In this document: in pieces, positions 20,737 through 29,385 of the stretch | Numbering within the stretch: position 1 is the first letter of the stretch | How the letters are laid out: each line of letters begins with the position of its first letter | IMG/VR virus record: IMGVR_UViG_3300031994_000006 | Coordinates: 1 to 64,000 of that record | DNA length: 64,000 nucleotides | From: a virus | Lineage: Duplodnaviria; Caudoviricetes | Direction: 5' to 3' (one strand) | The notes under the pieces: generated by a model | What the model was told of the DNA's origin: nothing | Databases searched by the model: none | What the model saw: only the letters and a program-made list of their open reading frames with translations | Translations under genes and position numbers: made by a program

Positions 20737-20774
20737 TATTTATCAAACAGCCGGAAAAGCCGGATTGATAAATA
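20737..20774. promoter_or_regulatory. back-to-back divergent late promoters (GATAAATA on each strand)
   Basis: GTATTTATCAA...TTGATAAATAC between the divergent genes at 20705 and 20802. Confidence 0.7.
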
Positions 20775-20801
20775 CCCGGAACAACCTAATATATCCCGGA
20801 A

Positions 20802-21671
20802 ATGAGGACGATTAAGATAGACGAGGCCGCCAAGAACGGTAAGAGAAAGCGCGTCGAACGCGATCCGGAGGCCACCAGGGCCCGCATAAGGAAGAACGGC
20901 GGCGAGGCCCGCAAGCGCCGGGCCGACGACGAGAAATGGAAGAACGTCGAACGCGCCTATATCAACGGGCGCCGTAATAATCCCGACAAGAAGGACGATG
21001 ATGAAATCGACGAGTGCGGCACGACCGCCCAGCAGCTGACCGAGGCCGGACGCGGCTATCGCGGAAACAACAAGGAGCGCCGTCCTCAGGCTTCCAAGAC
21101 ACGCCGTCAGAAGGAGACGCCGGAAGGCAATGCCCGCAAGAAGAGGGGCGCGTCCAAGGACGGCAAGACCGACAAGAAATGGAACAGGATGAAAAAGGAA
21201 ATCATGAATAAGAACAGTGACAAGGCGGTGAACGAGGATATACAGGTCCTCAAGCCCGACTATGCGACCCAGCTCGCGGGCCGGTGCAGCATGCAGACGC
21301 GCGTGTTCGTGCAGCAGCTCGTCAAATGGCTGCAGGGCGTGTTCAACAACGAGAAAGTGAAGAACATGAGGCCCTCGGACTTCATCAAGCAGTTCCGCGA
21401 GAGGACCCTCAAGGGAATCATGGCACGTCTGGACGCCAATTCTCCCAAGGCCCTCCAGGAGGACTATGACAGGTATGTCAAGAAGAATATGAGGCTGTTC
21501 GAGGCGGTCGACGACAAGGCGCTCGACGCCATGACCGAGACCCAGCACATGATCCGCGACATGCTGCTCGCCATCCGCAATTTCTGCGTGCCCTCGATGA
21601 CGGTCAAGACACTCGTCGAGCTGCTCGGATACTGGACGCCTGTCGGATACGGAGGCGTAAACGAGGCGTGA
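20802..21671 (+). CDS. basic, putative internal head/DNA-binding protein
   Basis: K/R-rich N-half, IDE/LTE/VNE/LFE motifs, late promoter. Confidence 0.6.
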   Translation: MRTIKIDEAAKNGKRKRVERDPEATRARIRKNGGEARKRRADDEKWKNVERAYINGRRNNPDKKDDDEIDECGTTAQQLTEAGRGYRGNNKERRPQASKTRRQKETPEGNARKKRGASKDGKTDKKWNRMKKEIMNKNSDKAVNEDIQVLKPDYATQLAGRCSMQTRVFVQQLVKWLQGVFNNEKVKNMRPSDFIKQFRERTLKGIMARLDANSPKALQEDYDRYVKKNMRLFEAVDDKALDAMTETQHMIRDMLLAIRNFCVPSMTVKTLVELLGYWTPVGYGGVNEA

Positions 21672-21673
21672 TA

Positions 21674-21705
21674 AAAAATCCCCGGGAATTCCCGGGGATT
21701 TTATT
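21674..21705. terminator. bidirectional terminator
   Basis: AAAATCCCCGGGAATTCCCGGGGATTTT between convergent genes. Confidence 0.8.
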
Positions 21706-21710
21706 TTGTA

Positions 21711-22940
21711 TTACAGTGAAAAATAATCCTGTTCGCCGTTACCGAAATTGCGATCCCAGATCTTGTCAGGCGTTATATCAAAGGAACCGCAAATATCGAC
21801 CATCTTAGTAAACAGGGCCATGAGCTCTGCATTACATTTCAGTTCAATCTTATAGCTGCTGAGTATATCCTCAGGCTCCTCAAACCATGAATAATCATAC
21901 GGATTATTGGTACCGTAATTTCGATATGACTTATAGCCGATCATTGATACCATATCCGCCGGATTACCGTCTTCCGCGAGCATGGTCGCGAGCATGATAA
22001 GACATTCCCATTTGGTGGCGTATTCAGGCTCAAAATCACACTCATTGATCATATTATAGGCCTTATAGAAGATCTCGGCTGCAGGTTCTGAAATCATATA
22101 ATAATCCATAAAGGCCTGAATCGGTGAACCCTTTACGGCCTCGATACCGGAACCCTCTGCGGTATCGGCGACAAACTCCTGTTTTCTCGCTCGATTGCCG
22201 GCCCTGAAGGCCTCGCCCATAATCCTCTTGCCCGTCGACGTATACGACATCGGATCGTGTCCGTTGCCGGCGATGGTCTCGAGCTTCTTAATGACGGAGA
22301 GCAGCTTATCCTTCTTCATCATGTAAGCGTACAGGATCTTGCCCAGTCCGAGCTGCTTGCCGGTCTTGTCACCCGTCCAGACCTTGGAGTCCGCAAGGGC
22401 GTCCTTGTGCCTGTTGATCTTGTTCACGACTATGTCGGCCGCCTCGATGCACCCTTTGACGGAATTACAGACGGCTATCGCGAGCTGGTGTCCCTTCGGC
22501 GCGGACGCGTCCTTGCCGTAGATCAGCCTGACGAGATCCTTGTGCGCCCTGCGGAGGGTGAACACGTTGTTCTCGAGCCGCGGCTCCAGCTTCCTGAGCA
22601 TGCCGAGTGTCCATTTGGCGTCAGCGCCCCACATGGTCTTCTCGGCGCCGCCCTGCAGGTCGAAGAAATGGACGAGCTGCCTGATGGGATAGTACGGGCT
22701 GGTGCGATCGCGGCCCTCGTTTGACACGAGCGTCCTCACGAACTGGTTAAGTGAAGTCTCGTCCGAGTAGTCGACATCCTTGAGGATATCCGCATTGAAC
22801 CTGCCCTTGATCGGCTTTCCGTCGACCTTGGTACGAGGACGCCTTTTCCTCGGCGTTTTCTCCATATCGTAGATTGAAGCCTCCAGGATCAGGCTGTATA
22901 CTTTGTCAAGTGTTACCATAAAAAATAAAACCGGAGTCAA
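21711..22940 (-). CDS. putative internal head protein with one EAFRAGNRARK tag and an appended cargo module
   Basis: MGEAFRAGNRARKQE at 22176-22214; AATAAATA upstream at 22951-22958. Confidence 0.7.
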   Translation of the reverse strand: MTPVLFFMVTLDKVYSLILEASIYDMEKTPRKRRPRTKVDGKPIKGRFNADILKDVDYSDETSLNQFVRTLVSNEGRDRTSPYYPIRQLVHFFDLQGGAEKTMWGADAKWTLGMLRKLEPRLENNVFTLRRAHKDLVRLIYGKDASAPKGHQLAIAVCNSVKGCIEAADIVVNKINRHKDALADSKVWTGDKTGKQLGLGKILYAYMMKKDKLLSVIKKLETIAGNGHDPMSYTSTGKRIMGEAFRAGNRARKQEFVADTAEGSGIEAVKGSPIQAFMDYYMISEPAAEIFYKAYNMINECDFEPEYATKWECLIMLATMLAEDGNPADMVSMIGYKSYRNYGTNNPYDYSWFEEPEDILSSYKIELKCNAELMALFTKMVDICGSFDITPDKIWDRNFGNGEQDYFSL

Positions 22941-23407
22941 ATTCCGATTTTATTTATTAGCTTATAGATCTCAATCTTATTCTTAACGGCATACTCGATA
23001 CTCCGAATGTTGTCTATCGTCGAATCCATGAACTTGACCTGATCTTCCATCAGCGATATACGTTCCCTGAGGTCATTCAGCTGTGCCTCGATCTGGTTAT
23101 TGATCTGGACGTCCGACGTGTACCGTATCTGCGACACCGTCTTATACTGATTATACAGGGACGCGTACTGGACCTTGTAGTACCTCGTCAGCTTGCCGAG
23201 TGTCCGCAGTACCAGATGATAGTACTCAATAGCGTCCTGATGGACGGAATACACGTTATTGAGCATCCTGTCGATACCGGGCATGTCCTTCAACATCCCG
23301 TTCAGCTCCTTGACACGTCCTGTCCAGGTCTCCTGCACGGCAGTGAGCTTCTCCTCAAGAGAAGTCTCCTGCTGTGCGGATACACTGCTGTCGGCCTGCT
23401 CAAACAT
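22937..23407 (-). CDS. uvsY: UvsY-like recombination mediator
   Basis: Helical 156-aa protein directly downstream of UvsX, with C-terminus IDNIRSIEYAVKNKIE resembling UvsY. Confidence 0.6.
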   Translation of the reverse strand: MFEQADSSVSAQQETSLEEKLTAVQETWTGRVKELNGMLKDMPGIDRMLNNVYSVHQDAIEYYHLVLRTLGKLTRYYKVQYASLYNQYKTVSQIRYTSDVQINNQIEAQLNDLRERISLMEDQVKFMDSTIDNIRSIEYAVKNKIEIYKLINKIGI

Positions 23408-23409
23408 GA

Positions 23410-24678
23410 CTACTCGCCGGTTTCAGTTTCAGGCTCGTCGATGAGCTCGTCGCCGAGTTCGCTGAGGTCATCGAACGACGACTGATCGGGCAGCTCGAAC
23501 TCAGGCTTGATGATGTTGTCGTTGATGTAATGCAGGTACTCGTCCGTAAACACCCTCGGCGAGAAGAACTGATCGGGCGACACCTGACAGCCGAGATGCT
23601 TTACAACAATGCCGACACCTTTAGTCAAAGTCTTCTTAGGCCATGCATACAGGACTCCGTTTTCAGGATGCTCGAATCTGTACGGCTGACACTCCAGCTG
23701 CTCGTCCGGCTTGAGCTTCATGAACTCGGCCTCCGTCAGGCACTTGCCCTGCATGACGCCGGCATTCTCCCAGTTCATGTATTCCTGGAGTCCCGTATAC
23801 GGGTTCGGTGCCTTGAAGTACGGAATTGCGAACGTGGACACCTTCTTGATGCAGAACCTCGACTTGTCGATGGTCGCCTTGACGAGCACGCCGGCCTTCT
23901 TGACGTTCGCATGCTTCTCGGCCTCTTTGTCGTTCTCCTTGTCGACGAGCTTCGACGTGGACAGCATCACCGTGATGGAGCCCGCGTACTGCAGTCCAGA
24001 ACCGGACGCCAGCTTCTGGCCGGGGACGTACGCGCCGATATCGGCATAGGTATGGGACACGGCTATCGTCGGTATCTGCAGCTTGGACAGGGGCACCGCG
24101 TTCACCCTGAACAGGGCCTTGACCTCCTTGGCCTTCGTGAAGTCCGCCTTCTGGTTGCCGGTCATGATATCGGCCTTCTCCTTGTCGGACGTCAGGTTGC
24201 CGATAGAGTCGATGACGAGGATGATCTTCGGGCGCTCGCCTCCTGCGTCGACCTTCTTCTGAAACTCGTCGCACATGTTGGCGATGAATCCGGCCGTCTC
24301 GGATATGGTATTGACCTGGCGGATGATGAAGTTGTCAGGATCACATCCGAGCCTCGCCACGAAGTCCCTGTCGATGGCGCCCTCTGAGTCGAGGTAGACG
24401 GGCGTATATCCCATCTTCTGCGCCTCACGGCAGATAGAGCATGCCAGGTACGACTTGCCGGTGCCGGACGGACCCGCGAGCGTCGTCACCCTGCCCGACG
24501 GGATGCCCTTGAATATATCGCCGGACAGTGTCGCGTTCAGGATGTAGTTGCCCGTCGGAATCCATTCGTCAATCTTGGAGAATGTGGACTTGCTCAGTAT
24601 CTCCACACTGTTGTCAATCTTGCTGAGCGTTCCGAAAATGTCAATCTTCGACTTGGCTTCTGTACTTTTCTTTCCCAT
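23410..24678 (-). CDS. uvsX: UvsX/RecA-like recombinase
   Basis: IPTGNYILNATLSG, AGPSGTGKS, YLDSEGA, VIDSIGNL and SGSGLQYAGS. Confidence 0.92.
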   Translation of the reverse strand: MGKKSTEAKSKIDIFGTLSKIDNSVEILSKSTFSKIDEWIPTGNYILNATLSGDIFKGIPSGRVTTLAGPSGTGKSYLACSICREAQKMGYTPVYLDSEGAIDRDFVARLGCDPDNFIIRQVNTISETAGFIANMCDEFQKKVDAGGERPKIILVIDSIGNLTSDKEKADIMTGNQKADFTKAKEVKALFRVNAVPLSKLQIPTIAVSHTYADIGAYVPGQKLASGSGLQYAGSITVMLSTSKLVDKENDKEAEKHANVKKAGVLVKATIDKSRFCIKKVSTFAIPYFKAPNPYTGLQEYMNWENAGVMQGKCLTEAEFMKLKPDEQLECQPYRFEHPENGVLYAWPKKTLTKGVGIVVKHLGCQVSPDQFFSPRVFTDEYLHYINDNIIKPEFELPDQSSFDDLSELGDELIDEPETETGE

Positions 24679-24703
24679 GTCTTTATCTGTTGTTTATTCT
24701 GTA

Positions 24704-26599
24704 TCAGATACCGAGCTCCTTCTGCCTCCTGACGGCCTCGGAGTACGGAATCATCGCGTTTTCGTATATACCGCGGGAAGTCTTCTTGAACGGATACCCG
24801 CCGTTGATCCACCTCTGTTTGTCCTGTATCCAGACGACATCGTACCTGTCCTGATCCGTCGACGGCAGGACACACTCGTCAATCCTGGAGCTGACGACCT
24901 CATGCACCTTCCTCATCTTGGGCGCGTCGTACTCACGGTCCCTGTTGACGTTGTTGCTCTCGTACCCTGTGACGTCGTCGGTCTCGGTCTTGATGCGGAC
25001 GCAGAGCCTGTCCCTGATGTCCTCGAACCTGATATCGGGCTCGCGGTCGAAGTAGTACGACAGGCCGCACGCCTTCTGGTACCTGCGGTGGTCGAGCCCG
25101 TACCGGATGCTGTACGCGTTTATCGTGGCGCCGAGTATGACGTCGTCGTACGCCTTGAACACCTTCTCCCAGTCATAGTGCCTGTAGTCCTTGAACCGCC
25201 TGGTCACGGTCCTCGACATGATGAGGAATGAGCCCTGTCCGTAGAATCTCATCTTGCTCCAGAAACAGGCCTCCAGCTCGCCCGTCCACATCACGCTGTC
25301 GTCATGCAGGTTCGCTATAAAATCGCGCGTCAGCGGGACGTTAATCCACGTGGACGTGTTCGTGCGGACGATATAGTCGTATTTCATGCCCTTCTCATCG
25401 AGCATGTCAAAAACGGCCATCGTCTTCGAATATGTGTTCTCAATGGCGTCGCCCGCGTCGACGCGGATCTTGTGCTCTTCGGGATAGACGCCTGCCGGCA
25501 GCCTGTCGGTCGCGGCGGTATAGAACCAGAACTCGGTGTTCGGCACCTCGCCCCTGATTACCGGACCGGCCCACGTGTCGAGTATGGCCTTCTCCATATC
25601 GGCATACTGCGGGTTGTTACAGGTCATCGACAGTATGACGACCTTCCTGTTGAGCACCGGCAGCACCGGCATCACGGTCCTGTAGTCGAAGTGCGGGAAT
25701 ATGTACTGCCTGGGGAACGCGAGCACGTCGACCGTATGGTCCGGCGTATTGAACAGGACGTTCGCCTTGCCGCGCTCGCCGGGCCTGAGAGAGGGGAACT
25801 TGTCGAAACACTCGACGCACTGATCGGTCAGGGCGTCGGCGTCCTTGAAATAGGTCCGGCTACTCCAGCAACGGAGCTTCTTCCTGATATCCGCCCTGAG
25901 CCATGACAGATGATGCATCTTCAGTTCCTTCCACGGGAACTCGTACGGCTCCACAAGCAGATGATGCACCTTCTGCGACTGCTTGCCGTCAGGCGTCTGT
26001 GTCATGACCGGATTGCCCTTGTCGTCATAGACATAAACCTTAGGCACCTCATACCGGCGCGTCGGATCGGACGGCTTTGGGAAATCGAGGCACTGCCATT
26101 TGAACCTGTACTTACAGGATGACACGAACGGGACGTACATGCCGTCCTTGAACGGATATACGAGCTGTGTATTATAGTCCTTGTAGTAGTTGACGTACCT
26201 GCAGTACGTGACCTCGAGATTCTCCTCGTCAATCTTCTTGAGCGCGTTCTCGAATGACGTACGGCTGTAGAACTCATCGGAGTCTATGACAAGGCAGTGT
26301 GTACATCCGGCGGCCTGCAGGTGATCGATGAGCATATTGCGCTTGTCGGTCTCCTGTATGCGTGCGAACTTCTTAAGGTCGGTTTCGACGAATACGATTT
26401 CGTTGACGTCCCCACGGTCCTTGAGCTCCTTTATGAAATGCAGGTCGGAAGGATCGATGGGATCGCCGTGATATGAGACAGACTGGACGCCGGCGACCAC
26501 ATAATCGATGAGTCCCTTGAGTTCCCATAGTATGTTGGGTATATGCTCCATGCCTTCGAAACACACGATGGCAAGTCCGAGCTTCTTGATGTTCTTCAA
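24704..26599 (-). CDS. two-domain glycosyltransferase (GT-A DxD domain + GT31/galactosyltransferase-like domain)
   Basis: LVIDSDEFY in the N-domain; YDYIVRTNTSTWIN, GQGSFLIMS and YDDVILG in the C-domain. Confidence 0.65.
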   Translation of the reverse strand: MKNIKKLGLAIVCFEGMEHIPNILWELKGLIDYVVAGVQSVSYHGDPIDPSDLHFIKELKDRGDVNEIVFVETDLKKFARIQETDKRNMLIDHLQAAGCTHCLVIDSDEFYSRTSFENALKKIDEENLEVTYCRYVNYYKDYNTQLVYPFKDGMYVPFVSSCKYRFKWQCLDFPKPSDPTRRYEVPKVYVYDDKGNPVMTQTPDGKQSQKVHHLLVEPYEFPWKELKMHHLSWLRADIRKKLRCWSSRTYFKDADALTDQCVECFDKFPSLRPGERGKANVLFNTPDHTVDVLAFPRQYIFPHFDYRTVMPVLPVLNRKVVILSMTCNNPQYADMEKAILDTWAGPVIRGEVPNTEFWFYTAATDRLPAGVYPEEHKIRVDAGDAIENTYSKTMAVFDMLDEKGMKYDYIVRTNTSTWINVPLTRDFIANLHDDSVMWTGELEACFWSKMRFYGQGSFLIMSRTVTRRFKDYRHYDWEKVFKAYDDVILGATINAYSIRYGLDHRRYQKACGLSYYFDREPDIRFEDIRDRLCVRIKTETDDVTGYESNNVNRDREYDAPKMRKVHEVVSSRIDECVLPSTDQDRYDVVWIQDKQRWINGGYPFKKTSRGIYENAMIPYSEAVRRQKELGI

Positions 26600-26844
26600 T
26601 TCAGGTACCTTTGATTTAGGCTATATATCAGCCCTTTTCATTTAAACGCTTTTATACATGATAAGTCATGTTTTTAGCATAATAATAAGCCTTTATGCTA
26701 ATTATAACAAAATCCGTGAAATTTTAGCTTAATTTCATGTGACCTTCTCTCACGCGCGCGATTCTATTTTTGTTAATAGGAGATTCTGAAAAGGGGTTGA
26801 TAGAAGTGATTCACTTATTCTGTAATTTATTGATCAACCGGCCT

Positions 26845-26932
26845 TATGCATGTGCATGTACGTGCGTAAGCACGTGTACATACGCGATCATGCGCAACGC
26901 GCAGATATGCGCATATACGGCATGCGCGCGTG
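26845..26932. repeat. alternating purine-pyrimidine tract
   Basis: TATGCATGTGCATGTACGTGCGTA... is in phase over 42 nt with one mismatch, and further RY blocks run to 26932. Confidence 0.8.
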
Positions 26933-26952
26933 AGACCTGATAAATAACCGGT

Positions 26953-27522
26953 ATGGACAGGAATTTCGACTTTGATCCCATCAAGATAAAGCTGATTGAC
27001 TCAGAGGACAAACTGACGCCGGAGATTCTCAGGTGGCAGCATGCCGACGGTATCAGCGGCATGCCGGACCTTCACAGGCTCGTCCGGCAGGAGGGCGTCA
27101 GTTTCTGGACGTACTGGGACCGTGACAGGTTCGTCGCAGCCGATATCGCGGCGGTTATAGACAACAGCGTATGGTTCACCTACTGGATAGCCGTGATGCC
27201 TGAGTTCAGGTCGATGGGATACGGCACGAAGGTTATCAGTCTCATCGCCGAAAGGGCGTCCGACTTCGGCCTGCCGTACATGCTGCTGTTTGATGATCCG
27301 AATCAGCCTGGGATAAAGCCTGAAGAGAAAGAGACGAGAATCCGTCGCAGGAATTTCTATAAAAAGCTGAATTTCAGGATTTTAGATGACAAGAAAATCC
27401 GTCTGTCCGGAAAGGACGTATTCACACCGGCCGTTATCGGACACATAACTATTCCCAAAATATACGAAACCGTTGAATCTGCCAAGAAACTGATGTGGGA
27501 AGACCGTTTTTGGCAGGATTAG
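26953..27522 (+). CDS. GNAT-family acetyltransferase
   Basis: IAVMPEFRSMGYGT motif A and RRRNFYKKLNF; GATAAATA 6 nt upstream (26939-26946). Confidence 0.8.
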   Translation: MDRNFDFDPIKIKLIDSEDKLTPEILRWQHADGISGMPDLHRLVRQEGVSFWTYWDRDRFVAADIAAVIDNSVWFTYWIAVMPEFRSMGYGTKVISLIAERASDFGLPYMLLFDDPNQPGIKPEEKETRIRRRNFYKKLNFRILDDKKIRLSGKDVFTPAVIGHITIPKIYETVESAKKLMWEDRFWQD

Positions 27523-27596
27523 GCGGTAATAAATACACAAACTGAGGTCGGGACCCTGTCCCGGTTAATAAAAAAGAAACCCAGAGGGAGAGAATA

Positions 27597-27860
27597 ATGG
27601 CAAATCCGAATGAAGACGTCAAATGCTATAAGTCCGTTTCATGCATCATAAGCATGCTGATTATCGCGTTTGTGTTCTGCGCCATCCTGTACGATCTTGT
27701 ATGGTCGAAGCCACAGATAAGCCATGATATATCGGCGATACGGACGGAAGTGAGTAATCTTAACAGTCAGATACACAAGATAGACTCAATGAATCAGGAG
27801 GTGCACCAGAAATTCCTGGAGATCGCCGGCGCCGGCGCAGCCACCTACAAAGAAAAATAA
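27597..27860 (+). CDS. small membrane-anchored coiled-coil protein
   Basis: N-terminal hydrophobic helix; AATAAATA upstream at 27528-27535. Confidence 0.65.
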   Translation: MANPNEDVKCYKSVSCIISMLIIAFVFCAILYDLVWSKPQISHDISAIRTEVSNLNSQIHKIDSMNQEVHQKFLEIAGAGAATYKEK

Positions 27861-28097
27861 GTGAATCACATTATGGCACAGCAGACTCAGGAAGAATACC
27901 GGAACGAGATAAAGGTCCAGAACTCGCTTCCGTTCAAGACGGACAATAAAATCGACAAGTTCGGACCGTATATCGAGGCGGTGGAGCCGGGACAGCAGCC
28001 TACAGGCCAGGCCAAGACCGATTTCGACGAATTCTATGCATCGGAGCGCGGTACTACGGTCGACAAGGCATCCACTATGGACAACTACAACGGATAG
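27861..28097 (+). CDS. hypothetical protein
   Basis: ORF followed by a terminator at 28119-28148. Confidence 0.6.
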   Translation: MNHIMAQQTQEEYRNEIKVQNSLPFKTDNKIDKFGPYIEAVEPGQQPTGQAKTDFDEFYASERGTTVDKASTMDNYNG

Positions 28098-28139
28098 GGG
28101 ATATCCGAAGAGAATACAAAGGCGGGGAATTTCCCGCCT

Positions 28140-28643
28140 TTATTTTTTCTCCTCAGGCTTGAGCATTTTCTCGAACATGTCTGTATAGCGCTCGCGCAGC
28201 CTCCTGTTGAATTCTCTCTCGTCATCCTCCACGCGTCTCTTGAAGGCCTTCGTATCGATTCTCGTGTCACCGGACGCCTCGACGGCGTCGAGGAAGTCTA
28301 TTATCGTCTGTATGTTCTTCTCATGGAACTCGACCTCTGCGGCGGTGATTTCCTTGAGCAGTATGAGATCCTCCATCAGATTCACGTGTATTTTACTCGA
28401 TTCCTCGACGGCCTTGACCTTGATAGAGAGCTCGGTCACATCGTTCTTGAGTCCCTCGAGTATGAATATATCACCTCCTACCGGGATGATGAAGCGCGCC
28501 ATCAGGAAATAGAATGCGCCGATGATCACGGCGGCTATAACGCCGTGACGCAGCCATTTCGGCATGGCCAGAAAATGAGTCGCGAAAAGCTCGAACAGCT
28601 TCAGCTGAGTGCCCTCCGCGATCTGTATACCACCGTGCGGCAT
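28140..28643 (-). CDS. single-TM coiled-coil protein (holin-like possible)
   Basis: VIAAVIIGAFYFLMARFII TM segment; late promoter at 28671-28678. Confidence 0.6.
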   Translation of the reverse strand: MPHGGIQIAEGTQLKLFELFATHFLAMPKWLRHGVIAAVIIGAFYFLMARFIIPVGGDIFILEGLKNDVTELSIKVKAVEESSKIHVNLMEDLILLKEITAAEVEFHEKNIQTIIDFLDAVEASGDTRIDTKAFKRRVEDDEREFNRRLRERYTDMFEKMLKPEEKK

Positions 28644-28722
28644 TTGCCTGATTTGCTCATACTCTTTCCTTATTTATCGGCAAAACAAAAGGACCGGTCT
28701 GTTAACCGGTCCTTTTGTTTTA

Positions 28723-29364
28723 TTATTTTTGGAAAGACTCCATAATTCTTTTGGACAGCATCTCAGCCTCCTTGCGGTTACGGGGCTTACGTATCCTCAT
28801 AAACTTCTCATTGAGACTCCTGTGCCTTGTCCTGTCCCTCGCGGACTCAAAGAACGGGTTATTGCCGGTCTGCTGCTGGTCACCGGGATTACCGACTTCC
28901 TGATCTACCTTGAACGGATCGCCTGCGGGCTCTCCGCCTTCGTCGGGAACGGTATCTCCGCCCTCCGGAGCGGGCTCTCCTCCCTCATCGGGATTTCCGT
29001 CGCTTCCGTCGTCCTCCAGGGTATCGTCGTCGTCGAGATCAGCTCCGTCAAGCTCGAAGTCGAAGTCTCCGTCGCTTCCGCCGTCGTCGAAGTCTCCGTT
29101 GCCGTCGCCTTCCCCGCCGTCAGGCCCGCTTCCTTCAGGTGCCGCGTACTTGTTAAGGAACTCCTCGCGGACCACGTCGAGCAGGATGGCCTTGGCGTTC
29201 TCGTCACACTGGTCATAGAAAGCCTGCATCACACGGCGCACGTCATCGGTCTTGAACATGGTATTAATTTCCCTGCTGAACTCGTCAGCGGGGTCGACCG
29301 ACTCATTGAGCACGAGTACGTTCTCCGAGTACTTATTGATCTCGTATATCTTCTTGCGTGCCAT
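28723..29364 (-). CDS. acidic prohead core-like protein
   Basis: Downstream of the protease, acidic, with LNES/FFES/IMES sites. Confidence 0.55.
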   Translation of the reverse strand: MARKKIYEINKYSENVLVLNESVDPADEFSREINTMFKTDDVRRVMQAFYDQCDENAKAILLDVVREEFLNKYAAPEGSGPDGGEGDGNGDFDDGGSDGDFDFELDGADLDDDDTLEDDGSDGNPDEGGEPAPEGGDTVPDEGGEPAGDPFKVDQEVGNPGDQQQTGNNPFFESARDRTRHRSLNEKFMRIRKPRNRKEAEMLSKRIMESFQK

Positions 29365-29385
29365 ATTATAGTATCGCTGTCATTT

